IMG/VR virus record: IMGVR_UViG_3300035703_002708 | Strand: one strand, 5' to 3' | Source: a virus | Taxonomy: Duplodnaviria; Caudoviricetes | DNA length: 64,000 nt | Shown here: piece after piece, positions 10,063-18,603 of the stretch | Layout of the letters: every line of letters starts with the position of its first letter | How positions within the stretch are numbered: the stretch's first letter is position 1 | Notes under the pieces: generated by a model | The model's input: only the letters and a program-made list of their open reading frames with translations | What the model was told of the DNA's origin: nothing | The model's database searches: none | Program-made: the position numbers and the translations under genes

Positions 10063-10629
10063 ATGAAAAAAATAATCTTTACACTTATTCTTACAATCTT
10101 ATCTGTTGTAGGATATTCGCAAGTACCAACCCCCAATCCTGCAAATGGTGATTTTTATTGTCCTAATGATGTTCAAGTATATGGTGACCAAGTTATCGAC
10201 CCAAACGCCACTTATTCATTTTCAATCACACCAGCATTTCCTTTTAACGTAATTTCAGGTGGAGACCAAATTGAGGTTACTTGGACAACACCAGGTGTTT
10301 ATACAATTGAAATTACAAAAACAATCGGTGAGTGTTCTTCTGTTGCGACCGCACAAATTACGGTTTATCCTCCGACAATTCCTATTGTAATTAACGATGC
10401 GTTATGTCAAGGAAACGGAACAATAAACTTGACAGCAAATCCTTTGGGAACAAATCCTGTTTTTGGTGGTATAGGTGTAACAGGAAGTGTGTTTAACGCA
10501 GCAGGGTTAGCACCTGGCAACTATCCAATCACTTTTACATCCATTGATGCAAATGGTTGTCCTATGTCAGGAAATGGTTTAATTGTGATAACTCCTCCTC
10601 CTACCACACCTATAATCTATACTGACTAA
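10063..10629 (+). CDS. secreted Ig/PKD-like domain protein
   Basis: Signal peptide MKKIIFTLILTILSVVGYSQ; IEVTWTTPGVYTIEI; GLAPGNYPITFT. Confidence 0.7.
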   Translation: MKKIIFTLILTILSVVGYSQVPTPNPANGDFYCPNDVQVYGDQVIDPNATYSFSITPAFPFNVISGGDQIEVTWTTPGVYTIEITKTIGECSSVATAQITVYPPTIPIVINDALCQGNGTINLTANPLGTNPVFGGIGVTGSVFNAAGLAPGNYPITFTSIDANGCPMSGNGLIVITPPPTTPIIYTD

Positions 10630-11243
10630 TGAAAATACTGGGGGTATTAAATTCATTTACAGCGAAGGTATTACTGATATTTACAGTAATATTTATACTT
10701 TCTTCTGCTGTTCCTGTAGGTGAGGACCCACAAGTAATTAACCTTTGTGATACAACTTTCGTATTAAAAAAATACACGGTATATCCTCCATCAGGATATT
10801 TTAGTTCTTGGTTTGTAAATCCCGAAGCAACTATTATTGGCTCGTCAACTGAAAACACATTAACAATCAAATGGACTGAACCAGGAAACTATACAATTAT
10901 CGCTCAGTTCTCAAATGGTAGATGTGTAAGTAATAGTAAATTGGATGTTATTGTTGAAGGTTGCCCTGATTTTACGTTGTATATACCAAACACATTTACT
11001 CCTGATGGTGATAACATAAACGATGTATTTGGTGCATACGGAACCGAAATTGAAGAGTTCAGTATGGAAATATATAACAGGTGGGGAGAACTCATATTTG
11101 TATCTAACGCACTTGAATATAGATGGGATGGATACTATAAAGGTAACCTTTGCCAACAAGATGTCTATGTATTCAAAATAAGATATAAAGCAAGAAACTT
11201 CGTATCCAAAGCAATCTACGGTAGAGTTCTTCTACTTAATTAG
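10629..11243 (+). CDS. T9SS type-B (gliding motility-associated/CHU_C) C-terminal domain protein
   Basis: LYIPNTFTPDGDNINDVF...IYNRWGE...WDGYYKG...QDVYVFKI...GRVLLLN. Confidence 0.9.
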   Translation: MKILGVLNSFTAKVLLIFTVIFILSSAVPVGEDPQVINLCDTTFVLKKYTVYPPSGYFSSWFVNPEATIIGSSTENTLTIKWTEPGNYTIIAQFSNGRCVSNSKLDVIVEGCPDFTLYIPNTFTPDGDNINDVFGAYGTEIEEFSMEIYNRWGELIFVSNALEYRWDGYYKGNLCQQDVYVFKIRYKARNFVSKAIYGRVLLLN

Positions 11244-11950
11244 AAAACTACAATATCTTCAATCCTATTTTTTATTAACCAAGGCTTTGATTCAAATGGA
11301 TTAAGTAAGTCCTCCAAGATATCATAAGTGTTGATTATTTCTCTTAACTCTTTGATAATATTTTCTGTGTAAAATACATCCAATAGTAAATCAAAGATAT
11401 AATCTTCAGATAAAAAAGATTTATCCAAACTTAACATCAATTTGAAGTCCTCGATAAATTGTTCTTTATTATGTTTTATCTCTATGGAGTTGGCATTAGT
11501 GATATTAAAAATATGATTTGATACATACTCACCAAAATAAAACTCAAATCTACCCATATCCAATCCATAACCGTGAGGAAATTCTGATGTGATGATGGTT
11601 TGCTCATAACCAAATGTTCTATCTTGACCATCGATATTATTTTGTGAGTATATCGGTCTTTCAGTGTCGTAATATTTAAACCAAGTTGGGTCCAACTTAG
11701 GTTTTGTGTTATAAGTTATTAAATCAATAACGTTAAATGTTTTGATATATGCGTTTGGGTAATCTTTCAAAAATTGTTCTTTGATTGGTCCCAAATCTAC
11801 AACCTCTGTAAGTGGTGTTTCTCCTTTAACAACAAAGAATGGTCCGCAATCTGAAACTTCTATAATTGTTTCAGAGTCAAACTTTTTAAGGATATAATCC
11901 GCAAATAAATTAACACAACCTCTTTTTGATTTTGAATCTATGTATCTCAT
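11240..11950 (-). CDS. hypothetical protein with weak resemblance to SAM synthetase (MetK) N-terminal/central domains
   Basis: VNLFADYIL...FFVVKGET and ITSEFPHGY loosely echo MetK elements; GHPDK absent. Confidence 0.35.
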   Translation of the reverse strand: MRYIDSKSKRGCVNLFADYILKKFDSETIIEVSDCGPFFVVKGETPLTEVVDLGPIKEQFLKDYPNAYIKTFNVIDLITYNTKPKLDPTWFKYYDTERPIYSQNNIDGQDRTFGYEQTIITSEFPHGYGLDMGRFEFYFGEYVSNHIFNITNANSIEIKHNKEQFIEDFKLMLSLDKSFLSEDYIFDLLLDVFYTENIIKELREIINTYDILEDLLNPFESKPWLIKNRIEDIVVF

Positions 11951-12046
11951 AACTTTTTTTAGAATTGATAAAGAAAATAAATGATACTCTAAACACTATT
12001 TGACATTTATCACATCATTTTTTATATTTTCTCAAAACTTATTTAT

Positions 12047-12322
12047 ATGACAATAGCAGTCGAGGTAGAAGATGTTCTTTGGAGTATGACATCTTACGAG
12101 AAAAAAGAAATGTTTGAAGAACTATTATCTGAGTTAGATATCAATTGGGTTATGCAATGTCTGAACGACGCAAATATCACAGCAAAACTTTCTAAATCTG
12201 TTGATAAAAATCGTGATGATGAATACAATAACAAAGTTTTATCTTTACTTAACAATAAGTTCAAATTAACAAACGAGGAAGAGGAAATGATTTATAAAAT
12301 CTCAGATAGGATTAATCCTTAA
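12047..12322 (+). CDS. hypothetical protein
   Basis: 91-aa ORF after a TTGACA-N17-TATATT promoter-like site. Confidence 0.6.
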   Translation: MTIAVEVEDVLWSMTSYEKKEMFEELLSELDINWVMQCLNDANITAKLSKSVDKNRDDEYNNKVLSLLNNKFKLTNEEEEMIYKISDRINP

Positions 12323-13383
12323 AGTTCCAAGTAGTCAAAGAATGAATCGTTGATATACTCTATTACTTTTCTATAGTCAGGATAATCAGAAACTCTCAAT
12401 CTCAAACATTCATATTCGTCGCTATAATCTCTTGTCTCTTCTACTAAACTAAAATAGTTGGTGAAGTCACTTAAATTAGTACCATAACCAATATGCGATT
12501 CAATAAAAGCATGAATTAAGTCCACGAAATTTTCTGTAATGTCTATTCTATAAATATTTTTTTTATTTTCATCAGAACCCCAAACACCTTTTCCGATACC
12601 AACTGATTCCAATTCTTTTCTTACAGATTTATAGTATTCATCTGACAAAGCACCGTTATAAGCATTAGAATGGCAACTCTTTAAAGAAATTCTGAAATCA
12701 TCAGAGAAAACTTCATCTTTCAAAAACTTAAATGTGTTGGAATCTTTCAACATCTCGGCAACATTTTTCTCTGAAAATCGTAAAGTATTTTCATCTCCAT
12801 CCAAACTTGCCAAATTAGGTATAAGAGTATTATGAATTTTATAAGAAAAATTATTAATATTCAAAGTGTCAAAATTTTGTGAAATTATATTACAAAGTTT
12901 TTTGAAATTTTCTTTTGTTAGAACTTTTATAACATCTTCATGTACATCCTGTGTTGTATCGTAATAAGGTTCAAAACTATCTTCTCTTAATATATTATAG
13001 GCTAAATCATAAGATGATGGACCACTTCTTGTCTCGTCGCCAAAACAAAATAACTGAGCCAAGTCTTCCATATCTTTTAAAACCAAAAATATTCTACCAT
13101 TTTCATATGAAATATTTTTCCACAAACCTCTTGCAACATACTCTATGAATTTATTTCTTGTTTCGGGATTATTAAACAAATATTTATCAAACATATTTTG
13201 AATATAGTTGTATTCAAAACTCCTCTCTCCAGGAGAAATCAATTCTATCAAACCCTTTTTCTCAACTAAGTTCAAAAATCTTCTTATAGTGTCCCACTCC
13301 TCTTCATCTTTATTACCAACAAAAACGGTAAGAAACTCTAAATCATTATTATTGAATCTATCTATTAAGTTTTTTAATGCCAT
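12319..13383 (-). CDS. hypothetical phage protein
   Basis: 354-aa ORF; TATTTAT on the minus strand at 13390-13396. Confidence 0.7.
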   Translation of the reverse strand: MALKNLIDRFNNNDLEFLTVFVGNKDEEEWDTIRRFLNLVEKKGLIELISPGERSFEYNYIQNMFDKYLFNNPETRNKFIEYVARGLWKNISYENGRIFLVLKDMEDLAQLFCFGDETRSGPSSYDLAYNILREDSFEPYYDTTQDVHEDVIKVLTKENFKKLCNIISQNFDTLNINNFSYKIHNTLIPNLASLDGDENTLRFSEKNVAEMLKDSNTFKFLKDEVFSDDFRISLKSCHSNAYNGALSDEYYKSVRKELESVGIGKGVWGSDENKKNIYRIDITENFVDLIHAFIESHIGYGTNLSDFTNYFSLVEETRDYSDEYECLRLRVSDYPDYRKVIEYINDSFFDYLEL

Positions 13384-13400
13384 AATAACATAAATATAAT

Positions 13401-13426
13401 AAAAAAGGGGATTTTTGGTCCCCTCT
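13401..13426 (-). terminator. intrinsic terminator
   Basis: AGGGGA/TCCCCT stem with T6 tail on the minus strand. Confidence 0.6.
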
Positions 13427-13456
13427 GTTTAATTCTTAACCCCACTCAATATTTAA

Positions 13457-13603
13457 TTACTTCTTGTAATACTTCTCAACAGTTTTCCTAACCGCCTCTT
13501 GAATTGCACTGTTTTGTGGTCCAGTTGGTTGAGGTTGTGGCTGGGGTTGAGGTTGTTGAGGTTGTGGTTGAGGTTGATTGTTTTTACATCCGCATCCGCC
13601 CAT
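13457..13603 (-). CDS. 48-aa GCGCK microprotein with QP linker (not in ORF track)
   Basis: MGGCGCKNNQPQPQPQQPQPQPQPQPTGPQNSAIQEAVRKTVEKYYKK. Confidence 0.75.
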   Translation of the reverse strand: MGGCGCKNNQPQPQPQQPQPQPQPQPTGPQNSAIQEAVRKTVEKYYKK

Positions 13604-13607
13604 AACT

Positions 13608-14219
13608 TTAATTTATTATTTCAAATTTATGTCCATAGCAAGTTTTTCTTATTGACTTACCATTTCCGTTATTTACTGGTATTCCTCTCAAACAATTTGA
13701 GATTTTCATTCTTACGTGTTTAGGATTCCCTTTAGAAAAACCATTAGATATAAGATAATTAGCACCATCTACTAAATTATCAAAAATAACAGTTTCTTTT
13801 GAAATTATATTAGTTAATGAATACTTTGTAAAGTTATTATTTTTAGATAGATTATGTTTGGAAAGTTTAACTTTGACTTCAGTATTAAGAATATTTTTTC
13901 TAGAATCACTTACTTTCGCTAAATTGTATCCAAAAGACGAATCATTACTGTTATATTTTTCAATATAAAAATTTTCTCTCTCAATAAGTGTTTCTTTATC
14001 ACAATTTTCTAAAATCTCAAAAACAAAATTTGGTTCGCCATTTTTATTGAAAGAATTTTGTAAATAGTCGTTATCGTGAATACCTTTTCTCAACATCCAA
14101 AAATGTTTTGCTTTCCTGTAATCTAAATTTACGGAACTCCCGATATAAACCTTATGGTCAATCTTGTTTTGTATTTTATATATTCCTATTGTTTCGGACA
14201 TAGAATAATCTATATTCAT
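13608..14219 (-). CDS. GIY-YIG homing endonuclease
   Basis: GIYKIQNKIDHKVYIGSS...R...H; ERENFYI; GYNL. Confidence 0.88.
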   Translation of the reverse strand: MNIDYSMSETIGIYKIQNKIDHKVYIGSSVNLDYRKAKHFWMLRKGIHDNDYLQNSFNKNGEPNFVFEILENCDKETLIERENFYIEKYNSNDSSFGYNLAKVSDSRKNILNTEVKVKLSKHNLSKNNNFTKYSLTNIISKETVIFDNLVDGANYLISNGFSKGNPKHVRMKISNCLRGIPVNNGNGKSIRKTCYGHKFEIIN

Positions 14220-14274
14220 AAATATTTAGAATTGTAGTTTATAAGTTAATTAAAAGATATTTATCGATAACATT

Positions 14275-15663
14275 ATGGAGAAAATTACATTAAAAAAACA
14301 AGATATAACAAAGTTAATACAAATCCTTAAAGAACAGGATGAAGTAGAAGAACCAAATGACGAAATTTATATTGATTCAGAAGAACTCAATAGATTACTT
14401 CCAGCAATTGATTATAACTTGAATGCATTGTCCAAATTAAGAAAATTCAAGGACAAGAAAATTGTTATTAATGGTGATTTGAAATTAAGAGGAAAACCTG
14501 TAAAATCTTTGGGTCCTATTATTAGGGTTAATGGTAATTTAGATATAGTTGATACTGGTATAGCATCAATTGAAGGTGTGCAAATAGCGGGTAGAGTCCA
14601 AGATTGGGGAAGTGAAAGGGCAAAAATCAGAGAAAGAAAAAGAGTTGCTGGTTTAATGTCGGAAGCGCAGTCAAGAAGAGAAGATGACGATTGGAATATA
14701 GAAAATGGAGACCCTGAAGGATTAGCGGCGCACGCAGTCATCAAAGTAATGGAATATAATGACGAGAATGTTAGAACAGAAGAAGAAACAGAAGAACTCA
14801 GAGGATTAAAAGAAAGATTGGGTAATTTATATTACGACCAAGAACAAGGAAATGAAAGTGATGAATTATCTGATGAAATTTCTGAAATAGAAGGAAGAAT
14901 TGAAGAAATAGAAGAAAAGTATGATGTGTATGATTTGGTCCCATCAAGACATAAATATTATGGTAATTTATATAGATTTGATTTGGAGTGGGGTGCTGCC
15001 AAAGGTAATGAATATGCCGCAGGAAAAGAAGAGGATGCCGAAGCCGCAGCCTTGGAATATGCCGAGCAGTGGATAGATGAAAATGGAGTTCGTGGGTTTA
15101 ATGAAAATTTTTGGATGGACCACTTGGATGAAGAAGGAATATTGGATTATTTCAGAGATTTCTATGAAGATGACATAAGAAATAATACTGAGGTGTATTT
15201 TGATGACGATGATTTTGAACTAACAACAGAACAAGAGGCTCGCAAAGAACAATTGGAGAGTTATATTGAAGAAATGGAAGATTTACTATCAGAAACAGAA
15301 GAAGAGCAAAGAAATCTTGAGGATTCAGATAGTGAAGAATATTATGATTTGGATGAGAAAATAAAAGAAATTGAATCAAATATTGAAACCGCCCAAGAAG
15401 AACTAGATGGAATTGAACCTGACAAAGAACCAACAGAGGACATGATTGAAAGAAAAGTTGATGATATGTTGGATGATGTCAAATACGATTACGCAGCGAA
15501 ATTAGATGAATTTGGACTTGATATTGAAGATTGGGTTGATAAATCTTCACTTGCACAAGCCTACGTTGATTCAGATGGATATGGTATAATGAGTGGATAC
15601 GATGGAAGTTATGAAACCGAATATATCAACGAAGTTGCATATATCGTAATGAGAATAAATTAA
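14275..15663 (+). CDS. very acidic protein with ILKE leader
   Basis: KLIQILKEQ; short INGDLKL/VNGNLDI repeats, then D/E-dominated coiled coil; TATTTAT at 14258. Confidence 0.75.
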   Translation: MEKITLKKQDITKLIQILKEQDEVEEPNDEIYIDSEELNRLLPAIDYNLNALSKLRKFKDKKIVINGDLKLRGKPVKSLGPIIRVNGNLDIVDTGIASIEGVQIAGRVQDWGSERAKIRERKRVAGLMSEAQSRREDDDWNIENGDPEGLAAHAVIKVMEYNDENVRTEEETEELRGLKERLGNLYYDQEQGNESDELSDEISEIEGRIEEIEEKYDVYDLVPSRHKYYGNLYRFDLEWGAAKGNEYAAGKEEDAEAAALEYAEQWIDENGVRGFNENFWMDHLDEEGILDYFRDFYEDDIRNNTEVYFDDDDFELTTEQEARKEQLESYIEEMEDLLSETEEEQRNLEDSDSEEYYDLDEKIKEIESNIETAQEELDGIEPDKEPTEDMIERKVDDMLDDVKYDYAAKLDEFGLDIEDWVDKSSLAQAYVDSDGYGIMSGYDGSYETEYINEVAYIVMRIN

Positions 15664-15712
15664 CCTTTAATAAATCCCAACGTTTTATTATAATTTAGAA
15701 AAAGAAAAAATT

Positions 15713-16483
15713 ATGTCGGGAAGAAAATTAAAAAAAGGTTTTGAGTTTCTGTTAAATACAGATTGGGTATTTCAAACTCCAATTGATTTAGAACACAAAC
15801 AATATGTCTTATTAAGTTATTTTCAAAAACTTAACGAAAGGTTTGATAAATTCGAGGTATATCCATCATTTATAGAATTGTCATTACATTTCGCCAACGT
15901 AAGAACGATGATTGGTGAGAATAAAATGTTATCAACAGACAAGAAGTTTGAATACTTTGATGATGAACTCTTGGTTTCAGATTTGAAATATAATCAAATA
16001 CCCCAACTTAATTCTGATGAGGAGCAGCAATACCAAGAAATATTAAAATACACAGCCCCAAAGATTTATGATTACTTTAATATTGCAAAATCAATATGGG
16101 GTTTGGTAAATGAAAGCATTACAGTTCAGTTAAGAAGAAATAAAAACGAATTATCAAAAAAATCAGGATACTTTTACTATCACAACAAAAAAGAAAAAAC
16201 TCTTTATGTGTGGGAGTATAAGTTAAAGAAAACAAAAGGGTCGGTTGAATATAGAAATTTCTCAAACCAAATTTACTCCGGTCCAAAAGATGATTTGACT
16301 TTGACAGAAATAATTAATAATTTCAGCAAATGGAATAAACCAGACGTTAATAACAAATACCCAATATTTGAAGTAACGGGAGGAGATGACTACCCACTAG
16401 AACAAACATTATTACCAATATTCAAAAGAAGAGTATTAAGTTATATAAATCAATCTTTGTCATTAAAATACGATAGAGTATGA
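15713..16483 (+). CDS. hypothetical phage protein
   Basis: 256-aa ORF. Confidence 0.65.
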   Translation: MSGRKLKKGFEFLLNTDWVFQTPIDLEHKQYVLLSYFQKLNERFDKFEVYPSFIELSLHFANVRTMIGENKMLSTDKKFEYFDDELLVSDLKYNQIPQLNSDEEQQYQEILKYTAPKIYDYFNIAKSIWGLVNESITVQLRRNKNELSKKSGYFYYHNKKEKTLYVWEYKLKKTKGSVEYRNFSNQIYSGPKDDLTLTEIINNFSKWNKPDVNNKYPIFEVTGGDDYPLEQTLLPIFKRRVLSYINQSLSLKYDRV

Positions 16484-16965
16484 AAACAGAAATCACATAC
16501 GAGTTAATCGAAAAACTTGTTTATCAAAATCCAAATGATTATACTTTGGGAAAGAAAGTAAGAGAACTAATCAATTCAATAAAATATCCCGATGACAAAG
16601 AGATTTCTGACGATTCAACAGATAAAGACAAGCCTTGAAAGAGGACAAACTTTACGTGAGTTATTCAAAGCAGATGCGATAATCTTTATAGATAAGTTCG
16701 CAACTGATGTGTATAAGTTATTTCAAAACGGACAAAACGAAAAACAAATCTTACAACAAATAAAAGACTGGAATATATGAAAACCCTAAGAAACAAAACA
16801 ACAGGTAAAATCGAACGAGTAAAAGACAAAGAAGCCGAACCAAAAGTAAAATATGGTTTTGAGTATGTATCAAAATCAGAGTGGAAAAAACAATTCAGAA
16901 CCCCAACTACAGAAACAAATGACAACACCACTTCCAAAAAACAAAGAAAAACTTCTTCTAAATAA
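16480..16965 (+). other. three small overlapping hypothetical CDS (16480-16638, 16592-16780, 16777-16965)
   Basis: Short ORFs with ATG starts overlapping the preceding ORF. Confidence 0.5.
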
Positions 16966-17122
16966 ATTAAGGGGTCCTTTACATATCTCTTTCATAGCAG
17001 AAAGTATTTTGAATTGTAGTGAGTATATGGCAATTGAAATATTGAAAGAATATATTGAGGAGGGTATTATAGAAGAGTCAAACGATTATAAGAATTTTTA
17101 TAAATTGAAACAAAATGGTTAA
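16919..17122 (+). CDS. small winged-helix-like protein
   Basis: LHISFIAESILNCSEYMAIEILKEYIEEGIIEES...FYKL pattern; start taken at internal Met. Confidence 0.45.
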   Translation: MTTPLPKNKEKLLLNKLRGPLHISFIAESILNCSEYMAIEILKEYIEEGIIEESNDYKNFYKLKQNG

Positions 17123-17498
17123 AATATCAGAACTACCAAAGGCTGTCGAACCCTTAATGTCAAATAGGTTCATAATTAAATTTAACGAAGAAGTAACAAT
17201 TCCTGAATATCTATTTAGAAATTTCAAAATATATAATGAAGGGGAATCATTAATTTTCAGAACTGAAATGTATCAGACTGTAAATTACTCATTCAACCCC
17301 TCTGATTTATTTAAGATGACGAGTGTAACAATACATTATTTAGACCCTGTTGGTGAAGTCGTTAATGGCATCAATTTCAACTTAAAAGGTTCCAATCTTG
17401 TCTATAAAAACGATTACAGAGATGATGGACTCTCAATACTTAAATTTCAGTTTGTGATTGATGTTGAATCCATGAAATTGATTTACCAAAATAGTTGA
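17115..17498 (+). CDS. divergent T4 gp19-like tail-tube-family protein
   Basis: EPLMSNRFIIKF...IPEYL and IHYLDPVGEVV...DY.DD.L motifs resemble phage tube proteins. Confidence 0.4.
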   Translation: MVKISELPKAVEPLMSNRFIIKFNEEVTIPEYLFRNFKIYNEGESLIFRTEMYQTVNYSFNPSDLFKMTSVTIHYLDPVGEVVNGINFNLKGSNLVYKNDYRDDGLSILKFQFVIDVESMKLIYQNS

Positions 17499-17501
17499 AT
17501 T

Positions 17502-17723
17502 ATGGAAAAAGAAATGGTGAATCATCCTAAACATTACGGAGGTGAGTCAAATCCATATGAGGCGATAAAGGTGATTGATGCTTGGGACTTGGATTTTTGT
17601 TTGGGTAACACAGTAAAATATATATCGAGGGCTGGAAAGAAAAGTCCTGAAAAAGAATTGGAGGATTTGAAAAAGGCTCTTTGGTACTTACAACATAAAA
17701 TAAATAAGTTAGAAAACAAATGA
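17502..17723 (+). CDS. DUF3310-like phage protein
   Basis: VNHPKHY...EAIKVI...FCLGNTVKYISRAGKK...DLKKALWYL. Confidence 0.85.
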   Translation: MEKEMVNHPKHYGGESNPYEAIKVIDAWDLDFCLGNTVKYISRAGKKSPEKELEDLKKALWYLQHKINKLENK

Positions 17724-18568
17724 TTGAAACAGGAAAGATTATAAACGGAGATTGTATTGAGGTTCTAAAAACTTTTCCTGAATCATTTATTGATTTAATT
17801 GTGACATCTCCACCCTATGGAGTAGGAATTGCATATGATGTTCACGACGATGATGTTTATTTTGAAGAATATTTAAAGTTCTCGGAGGATTGGTTAACCC
17901 AAGCATTTAGAGTGTTAAAAGATGACGGTAGAGTGGCCATTAACATTCCTTATGAAATCAATCGCCAAGATAAAGGTGGTCGGATTTTCTTTGTGTCGGA
18001 GATATACCAGATAATGAAACAAATTGGGTTTAAGTTTTTTGGTATTGTCGATTTAGAAGAAGATTCACCCCACCGAAGTAAGACCACTGCTTGGGGTAGT
18101 TGGATGAGCCCATCTTCCCCCTATATCTATAATCCTAAGGAGTGTGTGATACTTGCATATAAAAACAAACATATTAAGAAAGTAAAAGGGGAACCACAAT
18201 GGAAGGGTGAACCAACCCAAGTGGAACAAGAAGATGGAACTTATAAAACCAAGGTGGTTTATAAGGAGGAGGATAAACGTGAATTTATTGAATTAGTTTA
18301 TGGACAATGGAAATACCTTAACGATTCAAGACCGCTCACTAAGGCAACGTTCTCGATGGACATACCTACAAAGGCTATCAAGATACTATCTTACAAAAAC
18401 GATATTGTACTTGACCCATTTGCAGGAAGCGGAACAAGTCTGGTTGCGGCACAGATACTAGACCGAAGATGGATTGGTATCGAACTTTCGCCTAATTATT
18501 GTCAAGTCGCTGAAACAAGAGTAAATTACTTCAAAACACTTGAAGAGATAAAAGAAGACCAACTTTAA
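17720..18568 (+). CDS. N4-cytosine/N6-adenine DNA methyltransferase (beta class)
   Basis: IVTSPPY catalytic motif first, VLDPFAGSGT SAM motif near the C-terminus. Confidence 0.9.
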   Translation: MIETGKIINGDCIEVLKTFPESFIDLIVTSPPYGVGIAYDVHDDDVYFEEYLKFSEDWLTQAFRVLKDDGRVAINIPYEINRQDKGGRIFFVSEIYQIMKQIGFKFFGIVDLEEDSPHRSKTTAWGSWMSPSSPYIYNPKECVILAYKNKHIKKVKGEPQWKGEPTQVEQEDGTYKTKVVYKEEDKREFIELVYGQWKYLNDSRPLTKATFSMDIPTKAIKILSYKNDIVLDPFAGSGTSLVAAQILDRRWIGIELSPNYCQVAETRVNYFKTLEEIKEDQL

Positions 18569-18581
18569 GTTGGTTTTTTTG
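18558..18581 (+). terminator. intrinsic terminator
   Basis: ACCAAC/GTTGGT stem plus T-run. Confidence 0.6.
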
Positions 18582-18603
18582 TTTTGTATCATATTTATTG
18601 GAT

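Noticed and set aside
8001-11243. Host chromosomal contamination explaining the T9SS genes
   Set aside because: The cassette follows the phage TATTTAT motif and overlaps a phage-type gene at its end; read-level confirmation is still advisable
13499-13723. Plus-strand LRLW-repeat ORF
   Set aside because: Antisense shadow of the QP-repeat microprotein
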